From: Brevibacterium luteolum
GTDB lineage: Bacteria; Actinomycetota; Actinomycetes; Actinomycetales; Brevibacteriaceae
Length of the DNA stretch: 64,000 bases
Assembly (NCBI RefSeq): GCF_013004595.1
Contig: NZ_JABEMC010000002.1
Coordinates: 186,001 to 250,000, forward strand
Direction of reading: 5' to 3'
The notes under the pieces are model-generated. The model did no database searches and was not told the origin of the DNA. It saw nothing but the letters and a program-made list of their open reading frames with translations. The translations under genes were made by a program, and so were the position numbers. This document shows, piece after piece, positions 20,690 to 30,607 of the stretch. Numbering within the stretch: position 1 is the first letter of the stretch; the number at the start of each line of letters is the position of its first letter.

Positions 20690-20814
20690 TCCATCCCACC
20701 CCACCCGCACCACCGCCTCGGGCGCGGTCGCTGCCCTCAGCAGCCGCTGCCAGGCCACCGTTGCCAGGCCACCGTTGCCGAGGCGGTGGGCACCTCCGCC
20801 TGGAAGGAGACCCC

Positions 20815-21600
20815 ATGCTCGATGAGCAGACCATCGCCCAGATCGCCGACGAGCTCGCCGAGGCTGAGCGCACCCACACCCAGATCCCGAGGCTGACCGC
20901 CCGGTTCGAGTCCATGACCGTCGAGGACGCCTATGCGGTGCAGAACGAGTGGCGCCGCCGCCAGATCGCCGCCGGGCGGAAGCAGGCCGGACGCAAGATC
21001 GGCCTGACCTCGAAGGTCATGCAGCAGGCGACCGGGATCAGCGAACCGGACTACGGCGTCATCTTCTCCGACATGGTCTACGAGAACGGTTCGGTCATCG
21101 AGCATGAGCGGTTCTCCGGGGTGCGCATCGAAGTCGAGCTCGCCTTCGCGCTCAAGGAGCCGCTCGCAGGCCCCGATGTCACCGTCTTCGACGTCATGCG
21201 CGCCACTGAATACGTCATCCCGGCCCTGGAGATCCTCGACAGCCGCGTCGAGATGGACGGCCGCAGCATCGTCGACACCATCAGCGACAACGCCGCGATG
21301 GGGGCGATGGTCATCGGCGGCAACCCGACCGACCCGCACGACGTCGACCTGCGCTGGGTCTCGGCACTGCTGTACCGCAACGAGTCGATCGAGGACTCCG
21401 GTGTCGCCGCCGCGGTGCTCAACCACCCGGCGATGGGTGTCGTGTGGCTGGCCAACAAGCTCGCCGAGCACGGTGACAGCCTCGCCGCCGGTGAGGTGAT
21501 CCTCGCCGGCTCGTTCACGAAACCGATGTGGGTTCAGCCCGGCGACACCGTGCTGGCCGACTATGGACAGATGGGAACGATCTCATGCCGCTTCGTCTGA
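20815..21600 (+). CDS. hpaH: 2-oxo-hept-4-ene-1,7-dioate hydratase
   Basis: GRKIGLTSK, EPDYG, RIEVELAF, DTISDNAA and ILAGSFT motifs. Confidence 0.88.
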   Translation: MLDEQTIAQIADELAEAERTHTQIPRLTARFESMTVEDAYAVQNEWRRRQIAAGRKQAGRKIGLTSKVMQQATGISEPDYGVIFSDMVYENGSVIEHERFSGVRIEVELAFALKEPLAGPDVTVFDVMRATEYVIPALEILDSRVEMDGRSIVDTISDNAAMGAMVIGGNPTDPHDVDLRWVSALLYRNESIEDSGVAAAVLNHPAMGVVWLANKLAEHGDSLAAGEVILAGSFTKPMWVQPGDTVLADYGQMGTISCRFV

Positions 21601-22412
21601 ACCCGACCTTCGCCGCCGAACTGCAGCAGGCGACCGGCGCCCCGGGCGCGGGCACTGCTGCCGCGCGCACGCTCTACGGCGGCTGGGTGTCCTCCGGTTC
21701 GCCGACGATGGCCGAGATCATGGCCGGTGCCGGCCTCGACTGGCTGCTCATCGACATGGAGCACACGCCCAACAGCCTGGAGTCCGTCCTCCACCAGCTC
21801 TACGCTGTCTCCGCCTACCCGGCGACGCCGGTCGTGCGGGTGCCGGTGGCCGATGCGACGATCATCAAGCAGATCCTCGACCTCGGCGCGCAGAACCTGC
21901 TCGTGCCGATGGTCTCCACGCGTGCCGAAGCCGAGGCGGTGGCTGCCGCAGCGCAGTACCCGCCGGCTGGTGTGCGGGGCGTGGGTTCGGCGCTGGCGCG
22001 CTCGGCGCGCTGGAACCGGGTGCCGAACTATCTGACCGAGGCGGCTGAGCACGTGTCGGTGTTCGTGCAGATCGAGACGCGCACCGGGGTGGAGAACGCC
22101 GCGGCGATCGCCTCGACGCCCGGCATCGACGGCGTTTTCGTCGGGCCCTCGGACCTGGCCGCCTCGATGGGGCTGCTCGGTCAGCAGACGCATCCGGATG
22201 TCGTCGCTGCGGTGCGCTCGGTGCTCGCCGAGGTGCGGGCGGCCGGCATGTTCGCCGGTGTCAACGCCTTCGACCCGGACACCGCGCGCGCCTATGCGGA
22301 GGCCGGTGCCCAGTTCATCCTCGTCGGCGCTGACGTCGCGATCGTCGCCCGCGGGGCGGAGAAGCTCGCCGCGGACTTCATCGGGAACGCCGCGGACTTC
22401 ACCGGGAACTGA
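21585..22412 (+). CDS. hpaI: 4-hydroxy-2-oxoheptanedioate aldolase (HpcH/HpaI)
   Basis: DWLLIDMEH, VQIET and GVFVGPSDL motifs. Overlaps hpaH. Confidence 0.88.
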   Translation: MPLRLNPTFAAELQQATGAPGAGTAAARTLYGGWVSSGSPTMAEIMAGAGLDWLLIDMEHTPNSLESVLHQLYAVSAYPATPVVRVPVADATIIKQILDLGAQNLLVPMVSTRAEAEAVAAAAQYPPAGVRGVGSALARSARWNRVPNYLTEAAEHVSVFVQIETRTGVENAAAIASTPGIDGVFVGPSDLAASMGLLGQQTHPDVVAAVRSVLAEVRAAGMFAGVNAFDPDTARAYAEAGAQFILVGADVAIVARGAEKLAADFIGNAADFTGN

Positions 22413-22513
22413 GGATGCACAGGCATTGATCTGACGCTCACCGCCGCCTTACGATGAGGATTCCACTGCCGGAATCCGGGCAGACCGCGCCTGCCGGGCT
22501 GAGGGGAGAGACG

Positions 22514-23683
22514 ATGCAGATCACCGGAGCCGTCCTCGAGCAGATCGGGGCCGGCCGCCCCTACGCCGACACCCGGCCGCTGACGATCAGCCGCCTCGAC
22601 CTCGACGAACCCGGCCCTGAAGATGTGCTCGTGCGCATCCGCGCAGCAGGGCTGTGCCACTCGGATCTGTCCGTCGTCGACGGCAACCGGCCCCGGCCCA
22701 CCCCGATGCTGCTCGGCCACGAGGCCTCCGGCATCGTCGAACGGGTCGGTGAGCAGGTCACCGACATCGAACCCGGCCAGCAGGTGAGCACCGTGTTCCT
22801 GCCGCGCTGCGGGCAGTGCGCCAACTGCGCGACCGACGGCAAGCTGCCGTGCGCTCCCGGCACTGCGGTCAACAACGCCGGCACCCTCGTCGGCGACCGG
22901 ATCCTGCTGCGCCGCGACGGGGCAGAGGTGCGCCACCACCTCGGCGTCTCCGGTTTCGCCACCCATGCGGTGCTGCACCGCTCCTCGGTCGTGCCGGTCG
23001 GAGCGGATGTGCCTGCCGACATCGCCGCAGTCCTCGGCTGCGCGGTGCTCACCGGCGGTGGGGCGGTCATCAACGCAGGCCGCCCAGCCGACGGCGATGA
23101 CGTCATGGTCGTCGGACTGGGCGGGGTGGGGATGGCTGCGCTCATCACCGCGCTGTCGCTGAAGACGCGCGCCCGGACCGGCAGCGACGGTGGTGGTGAC
23201 GGTGGTGGCGACGTCGGCAAGGTGATCGGCGTCGATGCGAATCCGGCGAAGCTGTCCCGGGCGATCGAGCTCGGTGCCGATGCCGCTCACACCCCAGCCG
23301 AGGTGGCCGAGCAGGGTGTGCGCGCTCATGTCGTCATCGAGGCCGCGGGACATCCGAGGGCCTTTGAGACCGCCGTTGCTGCGACCGGGGTCGGCGGGAC
23401 GACCGTGACTGTCGGCCTGCCGGCACCCGATGCGCGTTCGGAGATCACCCCGCTCGTACTCACCGCTGAAGCGCGCACGATCATCGGCTCCTACCTCGGC
23501 TCAGCTGTGCCGGCACGCGATATCCCGGTCTATGAGCGACTGTGGCGTGAGGGTGCGCTGCCGGTCGGCGAGCTCATCTCCGGGCACATCCGGCTGGAGG
23601 AGATCAACGACGCCCTCGACACACTCGCCGACGGCCAGGCCGTCCGCCAGGTCGTCATGTTCGACGACCCGGCAGACGCCTGA
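22514..23683 (+). CDS. Zn-dependent alcohol dehydrogenase
   Basis: GLCHSD, GHEASG, structural Cys cluster CGQCANC..C and GLGGVG. Confidence 0.88.
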   Translation: MQITGAVLEQIGAGRPYADTRPLTISRLDLDEPGPEDVLVRIRAAGLCHSDLSVVDGNRPRPTPMLLGHEASGIVERVGEQVTDIEPGQQVSTVFLPRCGQCANCATDGKLPCAPGTAVNNAGTLVGDRILLRRDGAEVRHHLGVSGFATHAVLHRSSVVPVGADVPADIAAVLGCAVLTGGGAVINAGRPADGDDVMVVGLGGVGMAALITALSLKTRARTGSDGGGDGGGDVGKVIGVDANPAKLSRAIELGADAAHTPAEVAEQGVRAHVVIEAAGHPRAFETAVAATGVGGTTVTVGLPAPDARSEITPLVLTAEARTIIGSYLGSAVPARDIPVYERLWREGALPVGELISGHIRLEEINDALDTLADGQAVRQVVMFDDPADA

Positions 23684-23726
23684 CCTGGCGTGGCGACGGT
23701 GGCCGCGTGAGCCGGCGCCGGCGCTG

Positions 23727-24980
23727 TCAGTCCGCTGACTTCGGCGCTCCGATGCCCGGGTCGATCTGCGTCGGGCCGTCTGCCGAGGGCCGGATGTCGA
23801 TGTCGAAGATCGCCGTCGGCAGGTAGACGGTGGCACATGAGTTCGGGATGTCGACGACGCCGGAGAACCGGCCTTCGATCGGCGCCGCGCCCAGCAGCAG
23901 GAAAGCCTGCTCAGCGCTGTAGCCGAACTTCGTCAGGTAGTTGATCGCGTGCAGGCAGGCCCGCTGATACGCCAGGTGCGAATCGAGGTAGCGCTGCTCG
24001 CCGTCGAGCGTGACCGAAGTGCCGGAGAATGACAGCCATTCCGAGTACTGCGGATCGACGTTGCCCGGCATGAACACGGCGTTCTCCTTCACGCCGTAGG
24101 TGTCCATGCCGCCCTTGATGAGGTCGACGCGCAGGTCGATAAAGCCGCCCATCTCGATGCCGCCGCAGAACGTGATCTCACCATCCCCCTGCGAGAAGTG
24201 CAGGTCTCCGACGGAGAAGTTCGCGCCGGGCACGAACACCGGATAGAAGACACGGGTGCCCTTGGTGAGGTTCTTGATGTCCTGGTTTCCGCCGTTCTCA
24301 CGCGGTGGTGCCGTGCGAGCACCTTCGGCTGCGGCGGCGGCGAAGGCCTCGCCGGTCAGCCCACCGAGCACTGCATCCTTGGGCTCCGGCGGCAGCGCCA
24401 GAGGCGGCAGGCGATTGGGGTCGGTGGCGATGAGATCGGCTTCGCGCTTGTTCCACTTCTTCAGCAGTTCGGCCGACGGCGCGGTGCCCATGAGACCCGG
24501 GTGGATGATGCCGGTGAAGGACACTCCAGGCACATGCCGGGATGTCGCGGTCTGACCGGTGAAGTCCCAGATCGCCTTATAGGCATCGGGGAACTGGTCG
24601 ACGAGGAAGGATCCGCCGTTGCTGCGCGGGAAGATGCCGGTGTAGCCCCAGCCCTGGCCGGCCAGCGGCCCCTCGTCTTCCTGTGGGATCGGTCCGACAT
24701 CGAGGATGTCGACGACGAGCAGATCTCCTGGCTGCGCGCCCTCGATGGCGAACGGGCCTGACAGTGCATGGACCTTGCTCACCGGAGCATTGCGGATGTC
24801 ATCTGCCGAGTCGTCGTTCTTGATCGCCCCGTCGAACCACTCACGGCAGTCAGCGCGGAACGTGTCGCCGGGCTTGAGGGTCTCGACCGGTGGAATGTCC
24901 GGGTGCCAGCGGTTGTGCCCGAGCTTCTCCTGCTCGGTGAAGGACTTCGTCGAGTCGAGTGGAAAGATGTTCTTCGGCAT
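23727..24980 (-). CDS. fmdA: Formamidase
   Basis: HNRWHPDIP, PPRENGGNQDIK and GDLHFSQGDGEITFCG motifs. Confidence 0.92.
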   Translation of the reverse strand: MPKNIFPLDSTKSFTEQEKLGHNRWHPDIPPVETLKPGDTFRADCREWFDGAIKNDDSADDIRNAPVSKVHALSGPFAIEGAQPGDLLVVDILDVGPIPQEDEGPLAGQGWGYTGIFPRSNGGSFLVDQFPDAYKAIWDFTGQTATSRHVPGVSFTGIIHPGLMGTAPSAELLKKWNKREADLIATDPNRLPPLALPPEPKDAVLGGLTGEAFAAAAAEGARTAPPRENGGNQDIKNLTKGTRVFYPVFVPGANFSVGDLHFSQGDGEITFCGGIEMGGFIDLRVDLIKGGMDTYGVKENAVFMPGNVDPQYSEWLSFSGTSVTLDGEQRYLDSHLAYQRACLHAINYLTKFGYSAEQAFLLLGAAPIEGRFSGVVDIPNSCATVYLPTAIFDIDIRPSADGPTQIDPGIGAPKSAD

Positions 24981-25018
24981 TGCGCGTTCCTTTCAGAAGT
25001 GCGGCGCCGTCGTGGTCG

Positions 25019-25303
25019 TCAGGGCCGCGGGAGTTTGGCGTGCAGCGGGTTGCGCGTGATGCGCGGTTGGGGGGCCCGCTTGGTGTGAGGCAGTGAGGAA
25101 ACAACGGATGGTTCGTGTGCGGTGCGTTCGGTCGATTCGACGAGGGACTTGGCTGCTGACTGGCGGTGCAGTCCAGCGGCACCGATCTGGCGGCGGGCTG
25201 AACCGCTGCATTCAGGGCAGGTCACGGCAGCTGGCACATCGGCCATAGAGAAGGATTCTTCGATGACTCCGCAGGTCTGGCAGCGGAAGTCGTACAGCGG
25301 CAT
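25019..25303 (-). CDS. fmdB: FmdB-family zinc-ribbon protein
   Basis: MPLYDFRCQTCG...CPECS, upstream of fmdA. Confidence 0.85.
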   Translation of the reverse strand: MPLYDFRCQTCGVIEESFSMADVPAAVTCPECSGSARRQIGAAGLHRQSAAKSLVESTERTAHEPSVVSSLPHTKRAPQPRITRNPLHAKLPRP

Positions 25304-25400
25304 AGCGGCACCCTGCCTTTCGCAATGCTCCATTGCGCTGTCGGCACTTTGCGGCGGAGAGCTTCACCGAAGCCATCGCCTCCGCGAGAAGTGCGATATC

Positions 25401-25416
25401 TGTGATCTAGGCCACA
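25401..25416. promoter_or_regulatory. CRP/GlxR-like site upstream of fmdB
   Basis: TGTGA-TCTAGG-CCACA. Confidence 0.45.
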
Positions 25417-25520
25417 GCCTATCCCGGATTGCAGATGCCGTCACCCGCTGCACGGCAGCGACTGGGACCTCACCTAACTCGCACTACCCGTGAACTCAGC
25501 GACTGTGACACGGTTGAGCC

Positions 25521-25829
25521 ATGCGTGATCCGAAGAAGAAGCTCAGCGCTGACGAGGTCGCCGAGGCGAACCTGGCTGACTGGCAGCAGCGCGGTGAGAC
25601 CATTACCGCGACCTATCGCACCGGTGATTTCGCCACGGGCCTGGAGTTCACCAACCGGATCGGCGCTGCCGCCGAGGACGCCGATCACCATCCCGACATT
25701 CTGCTGACCTACCCGCAGGTGCAGGTGACGTTGTGGAGCCATGATGTCGGAGGGCTGACGAGCCGTGACGTCCGCATGGCCCGCACCATCAGTCAGCTCG
25801 CCGCCGAGCAGGACCTCGAAACCGTCTGA
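25521..25829 (+). CDS. Pterin-4-alpha-carbinolamine dehydratase
   Basis: DHHPDI and WSHDVGGLTSRD motifs. Confidence 0.9.
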   Translation: MRDPKKKLSADEVAEANLADWQQRGETITATYRTGDFATGLEFTNRIGAAAEDADHHPDILLTYPQVQVTLWSHDVGGLTSRDVRMARTISQLAAEQDLETV

Positions 25830-25873
25830 CCTCAACCAGTCCGGCGTCTGCCGCTGTGCGGCGCACCGCCACT

Positions 25874-26136
25874 GTGGGCACTTCGTGTGGAATCCAGACC
25901 ACTCGCTTCTGCACGAAACGCACGCGGAATCGTCGGATCGTGTGCATCTCGTGGGGAATCGAGGCTCATCCATTCGACACGAACTGCACACAGCCGGCCA
26001 ATCCAACCCGGCGCCAGGGACTCATCAACGTCCACTGCTGCCTCGAGACCTCTCGATGTTGCACTCAACGACTATGAATCCGGATTCTGATAGTCGTTGA
26101 GTGCTGAATCCAGACTCCTCGATTCAGCAGTCAACG
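25874..26136. repeat. Cluster of palindromic intergenic elements (BIME-like)
   Basis: Perfect 15-bp IR GCACTCAACGACTAT/ATAGTCGTTGAGTGC (26061-26104), a copy of the 12.7-kb element (26095-26136), and two GCA..TCGTG..GAATC..CACGA..GCAC units (25874-25990). Confidence 0.7.
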
Positions 26137-26157
26137 CATATCGCGCCTCCGACCGGC

Positions 26158-26724
26158 TCAGCCCCGCCCTGTCAGCCGGTGCGTTCCGAGCACTTCATGC
26201 CGGGTCGGCCCGTGCCGGAGGTGGGAGGCGACGAGGCTGATCTCCTCGACCCTCCAGCGCAGCGGCGGGAATGCGTCGAGCACCTGCAGCCATTTCGTCG
26301 CGTTGATCGCCCGCCTGCCGGTGCGGGCGAGCGTCAGATGCGGCACCGGATCAGCCGAGTCGACCCGGGTGCCGGCATTGTTGGCGACATTGCGCGCCCG
26401 CTGCTGCAGGCGGATGACCTCATCCCGCCCCGCCCCGATCCCGAGATAGAGCACCTTCGCCTCGGCCGCGTTCGGAAACGCTCCTCCCCCAGCCAACTCG
26501 ATGTCGAAGGGCGCAATCGTCTGGGCGGTCTCGGCGAGCATCTCGTCGATCCGGTCCTCGCAGTCGGTAGTGACATCGGGCATGAACGCCAGCGTCACGT
26601 GCCACAGCCGTTCAGCTGTGAAGCGCAGGTTCTCGTCGATTCCGCGCCGGGGCTCGACGAGCTCACCCAGCGTCTGCACGATCTCAGACGGCGGGTGGAT
26701 GGCGGTGAACATCCGCTGTCCCAT
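26158..26724 (-). CDS. thpR: RNA 2',3'-cyclic phosphodiesterase (2H phosphoesterase)
   Basis: Two HxT motifs (WHVTL, PHLTL). Confidence 0.85.
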   Translation of the reverse strand: MGQRMFTAIHPPSEIVQTLGELVEPRRGIDENLRFTAERLWHVTLAFMPDVTTDCEDRIDEMLAETAQTIAPFDIELAGGGAFPNAAEAKVLYLGIGAGRDEVIRLQQRARNVANNAGTRVDSADPVPHLTLARTGRRAINATKWLQVLDAFPPLRWRVEEISLVASHLRHGPTRHEVLGTHRLTGRG

Positions 26725-26758
26725 CAGTCCTCCTCAACCCCGCACCCTGACCGGCCCC

Positions 26759-27997
26759 TCAGCCCTCGCCGCGGTCCCGTTCGGCCCGGCGGATCATATC
26801 CGGGTTGAGGTCCGCGAGAGTCGCGGCACCCATGAGGTGCATGGTCACCCGCATCTGCGCTTCGAGCAGTTCGAGGACCTTGCGCACGCCGGCCTCGCCT
26901 GCAGCCATCAGGCCGTAGAGGTATGCCCGGCCGATGAGCGTGAAGTCGGCCCCGTAGGCGAGCGCGGCGAGGATGTCGGCACCGTGCATGATCCCGGAGT
27001 CGAGGATGATCTCGACGTCGTCTCCGGCGGCGGCGCGCACCACCGGTAGGGCATCGAAGCTCGTCGGCGCGCGGTCGAGCTGGCGACCGCCGTGGTTCGA
27101 TACGACGAGGCCGTCGGCGCCGTTGTCGAGTGAGCGCTGCGTGTCCTCGGCGGTGAGCACACCTTTGACGAACAGCTTCCCGGGCCACTGCTCGCGGATC
27201 CAGGCGAGGTCCTCCATCGACAGGGTCGGGTCGAACATGCCGTTGACGAGGGCGGCCAGCGATGAGGTGTCATCGGACAGCGAGGCGAAGGTCAGCGGGT
27301 CAGTGGTGAGGAAGTTGAACCACCATTCGGGGCGGTAGGAGGCGTCGAGCACAGTGCCGATCGTCAGCTTCGGCGGCACAGACAGGCCGTTGCGCACGTC
27401 GCGCAGCCGGCGGCCGGAGACTGCCGTGTCGACGGTGACGAGCAGGTTCCGGTAGCCGGCAGCCCAGGCCCGCTGAATGAGGTCAAGAGACGCCTCCCGG
27501 TCGCGCCACAGGTACAGCTGGAACCACTTCGTCGCATTCGGTGCGGCTGCGGCGACGTCCTCGATCGACTGGGTGCCCATCGTCGACAGCGAAAACGGCA
27601 CGCCGGCGCGTTCAGCCGCTCGCACCCCGGCGACCTCGCCCTCAGCCTGCATCATGCGGGTGAAGCCGGTCGGCGCGATGCCCACCGGCAGCTCGAAGGT
27701 CTCGCCGGCGACCGTGGCGCGCAGATCGATGTCGTCATTGGCGGCCAGGATCGCAGGGATGAATGTCAGTTCGCCGAAGGCATCCCGGTTGCCGTAGTGC
27801 GTGCTTTCGGATTCGGCTGCCCCGTCGACGTAGTCGAACGGCCCGGTCGGGGTTCGCCGTTTGGCGATCCGCCGCAGATCCTCGACGCTGCTCACCCGGG
27901 TGAGCCGGGCCTGGCGGCGATTGCGCTGAAGGTCGAACTGCAGCAGCGGGCCCAGATCGGCCCAGCGGGGTATGCGTCGTCGTAGTGCCATGGCCAC
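26759..27997 (-). CDS. lldD: FMN-dependent L-lactate dehydrogenase / alpha-hydroxy acid oxidase
   Basis: IAPTGFTRMM, WFQLY, SNHGGRQLD and DSGI motifs. Confidence 0.88.
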   Translation of the reverse strand: MAMALRRRIPRWADLGPLLQFDLQRNRRQARLTRVSSVEDLRRIAKRRTPTGPFDYVDGAAESESTHYGNRDAFGELTFIPAILAANDDIDLRATVAGETFELPVGIAPTGFTRMMQAEGEVAGVRAAERAGVPFSLSTMGTQSIEDVAAAAPNATKWFQLYLWRDREASLDLIQRAWAAGYRNLLVTVDTAVSGRRLRDVRNGLSVPPKLTIGTVLDASYRPEWWFNFLTTDPLTFASLSDDTSSLAALVNGMFDPTLSMEDLAWIREQWPGKLFVKGVLTAEDTQRSLDNGADGLVVSNHGGRQLDRAPTSFDALPVVRAAAGDDVEIILDSGIMHGADILAALAYGADFTLIGRAYLYGLMAAGEAGVRKVLELLEAQMRVTMHLMGAATLADLNPDMIRRAERDRGEG

Positions 27998-28098
27998 AGG
28001 CTACCGTCTTGCCCGCCGTCGCCGAGGCGGTGGCCGCCAGAGGAGATCCGGTCCCAGAATGGCTGGGAACCGCGGTGTGCGTGTGCCAGGATGAGGCC

Positions 28099-28686
28099 AT
28101 GGCTGATCTTGTGCTCTTCCATTCCGCGCTCGGGCTGACCGAGGGCATGTCCCAGCTGGCAGCGCAGTTCTCCGATGCCGGTCACGCTGTCCACACCCCC
28201 GACTACTACGAGGGCCATGTCTTCGACTCGGTCGATGCCGGCATCGCTTACCGCGACGAGGTCGGCTTCCCGGAGCTTGCGAAGAAGGCCGCCAGCCTTA
28301 TCGAAGACCTCGAGGGCCCGCTCGTCTTCGGCGGCTGGTCACTCGGTGCCGCGCTGGCCCAGTCGATGGGCAAGCGTGATCCCCGCGCGGCCGGCGCGCT
28401 GCTCTTCCACGCCGGAGGTGTGCCGAAGAAGACCTCGTGGCAGGCCGGGGTGCCCCTGCAGATCCACTACGCGATCGGCGATGAGTGGATCGATGCTGGT
28501 GCGCCGGAGCTGCTCGTCGCCTCCGTCGCCGAGGCGGGGGCGAACGCCGCGCAGTTCGTCTACCCCGGCGACGCGCACCTGTTCACCGACCCATCGGCCC
28601 CGGAGTACGACGAGGATCTCGCCTGCCTGCTCATGGCCCGGGTGCAGGCGTTCCTGGCAGAGGAGATCGACCGCAACCGGACCTGA
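28099..28686 (+). CDS. Dienelactone hydrolase family alpha/beta hydrolase
   Basis: LVLFHSALGL, GWSLG nucleophile elbow and YPGDAHLFTD. Confidence 0.85.
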   Translation: MADLVLFHSALGLTEGMSQLAAQFSDAGHAVHTPDYYEGHVFDSVDAGIAYRDEVGFPELAKKAASLIEDLEGPLVFGGWSLGAALAQSMGKRDPRAAGALLFHAGGVPKKTSWQAGVPLQIHYAIGDEWIDAGAPELLVASVAEAGANAAQFVYPGDAHLFTDPSAPEYDEDLACLLMARVQAFLAEEIDRNRT

Positions 28687-28932
28687 TCAGACCGCGCTCT
28701 GATCGGCGGAGCGGGGAGCTCGAACTGCGTCGTTCACGCGACCGGCGGGGTGGGACCGCAGGGTATGGCCGAATATATCTTCAAAAACTTTATTTGCGCC
28801 CTGACCTGCAACGATAGTTGTTACACAGGCTGCCGGGACTCGTTTTCACCGCTGTGAGGGCCCGTTCTGTGGTAGTGATGTCAGTGCCTCAATCTAGGTT
28901 AGAGGCAGATACACCGAAGGAGGTGATCTGCC

Positions 28933-30522
28933 ATGACCGCCGAGTCCGTTCCAGCTGATGGCGCCCAGCCGGCCGAGGCCCATCCGGAGTTCCTCGATGC
29001 TGCCGACATCGCACAGTTGAAGGCGCACTGCCCCGAACTGCTGGCTGCGGTCACGGCACTAGAGGACACCGGCGCCACGATCCAGCACAATGCCGCCCTG
29101 GACAGCGCCGCGGCGATCGCCATCGGCAAGGGACTTGAGCTCGTCCGCCGCAAACTCGAATCGGCCACCGCTCAGAGCACGCGCCTCATGTCCCAGCAGA
29201 TCGAACCCAGCCACTACGGTGTGCGGAAGCTGCCGGCACTGCTGAAGCAGAAGATGCGCATCACCACGTACGAGGCCCGCCGCCGGCTGTCGATGGCCCG
29301 CTGCTTAACGGAGCATCACAGCACGACCGGTCAGCCGATCCCGGCCCAGCTGCCGGAAGTTGCTGCCTGCCTGCAGGCAGGCACGATCTCGGTGGACCAG
29401 GCGCAGGCGATCATTCAGCAGATCGATGCGCTGCCACCTCGCGTGCGCGCCGAGCACGAACCCGCCGTCGAGCGTGTGCTGGTTGAAAATGCCCCAGGCC
29501 TGCGGGTGGAGGAATTCCGGGTGCTGGGCAAACGCATCCTCGGCTACCTCGACCCAGACGGGAAACTCGAAACCGAACCCAGCCACCCGGATGACTACTT
29601 CGTCACCGTCAACCAGAAGACCAATGGCGACTGGATCCTGCGCGGTCTTCTCGACTCGACAACCGGGCTGACCCTCAACGCACTGCTGACCAACCGCCAA
29701 CAAGGCCCTGCCGATATCGTTGAGACAGTCCGCACTGCAGCAGACAATCCACAAGGTGGCTCCGCGTCCCCTGAAGAGGACGGTTCCACTGTGGCCGGTG
29801 CCGGGCACCTCGACGCGGCAGGCTCATCGTTCGGCCCACCCGCCATGGATCCGTTCGCGGACTCCTGGGAGGACGCCGGCTGCCAACCGAACGCAGCCAC
29901 AACCGATGGCAGCCCGACCATCGCACCGGTCTTCGACGACACCCGTCCCGACGGAGCACGCCGCCACGACCGGTTCTCAGTCCTCATCACCCGCGGCGCC
30001 TGCGAACCCACCGGTGCCGGCTCATATGCCCTCGTCGTCACCGCCACAGCTGAACAGCTCGCACGCGGTGAAGGCGAAGTCGAAGCCGCAGGCGGCCACA
30101 CACGACTCGAAGACATCCTGCAGCTCTCCCCTGGAGGCAAGTTCTACTACTCCTCCACCAGACCAGGCACCCGCGACGTCAAGGTCCGCACAGAAGGCCG
30201 CTTCGCCACTCCAACCCAAATGACACTGCTCAAAGCACGCGACCGCGGCTGCAGCTTCCCCGACTGCGATATCCCCGTCGGCTGGTGCGAAGCCCACCAC
30301 ATGCACGCCCACCGCCACGGCGGACCCACCGATCTGAACAACCTCACGCTGCTGTGCCGTTTCCACCACGCCTGGCACGAACGCCACGGCTGGCGATCCA
30401 CACTCCTCAACGGGCTACCCGCCTGGATACCACCCCAGACCCTCGACCGAACCCAACGACCGCTCTTCCACTCCCGATTCCAAGCCGAACTAGCCGACCC
30501 AGTCACACTCTTCCCCGAATGA
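28933..30522 (+). CDS. DUF222 (13E12 repeat family) HNH endonuclease
   Basis: C-terminal RDRGCSFPDC...CEAHH...GGPTDLNNLTLLCRFHH. RBS AAGGAGGTGA. Confidence 0.88.
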   Translation: MTAESVPADGAQPAEAHPEFLDAADIAQLKAHCPELLAAVTALEDTGATIQHNAALDSAAAIAIGKGLELVRRKLESATAQSTRLMSQQIEPSHYGVRKLPALLKQKMRITTYEARRRLSMARCLTEHHSTTGQPIPAQLPEVAACLQAGTISVDQAQAIIQQIDALPPRVRAEHEPAVERVLVENAPGLRVEEFRVLGKRILGYLDPDGKLETEPSHPDDYFVTVNQKTNGDWILRGLLDSTTGLTLNALLTNRQQGPADIVETVRTAADNPQGGSASPEEDGSTVAGAGHLDAAGSSFGPPAMDPFADSWEDAGCQPNAATTDGSPTIAPVFDDTRPDGARRHDRFSVLITRGACEPTGAGSYALVVTATAEQLARGEGEVEAAGGHTRLEDILQLSPGGKFYYSSTRPGTRDVKVRTEGRFATPTQMTLLKARDRGCSFPDCDIPVGWCEAHHMHAHRHGGPTDLNNLTLLCRFHHAWHERHGWRSTLLNGLPAWIPPQTLDRTQRPLFHSRFQAELADPVTLFPE

Positions 30523-30607
30523 TGTATCCGCCTGCCTAAGCGGGCTACCGCCGGAGCGCTCCTCGTGGGGTGACCGGACGTGCTCGCCGCATCACCCCAC
30601 CGGCAGC

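Noticed and set aside
15657..20758. Long antisense ORFs (15657-17102, 17784-19523, 19685-20758; likewise 54395-56224, 52246-53820, 59542-61026)
   Set aside because: Shadow ORFs expected opposite GC3-rich genes, with no recognisable motifs.
22454..22513. Upstream ATG start and short hairpin GGATTCC...GGAATCC before the alcohol dehydrogenase
   Set aside because: The RBS GAGGGGAG favours ATG 22514, and the hairpin alone is too short to assign a function.
12706..26136. Palindromic repeat clusters as CRISPR arrays
   Set aside because: Only 2-4 degenerate units per site, no regular unique spacers and no cas genes.
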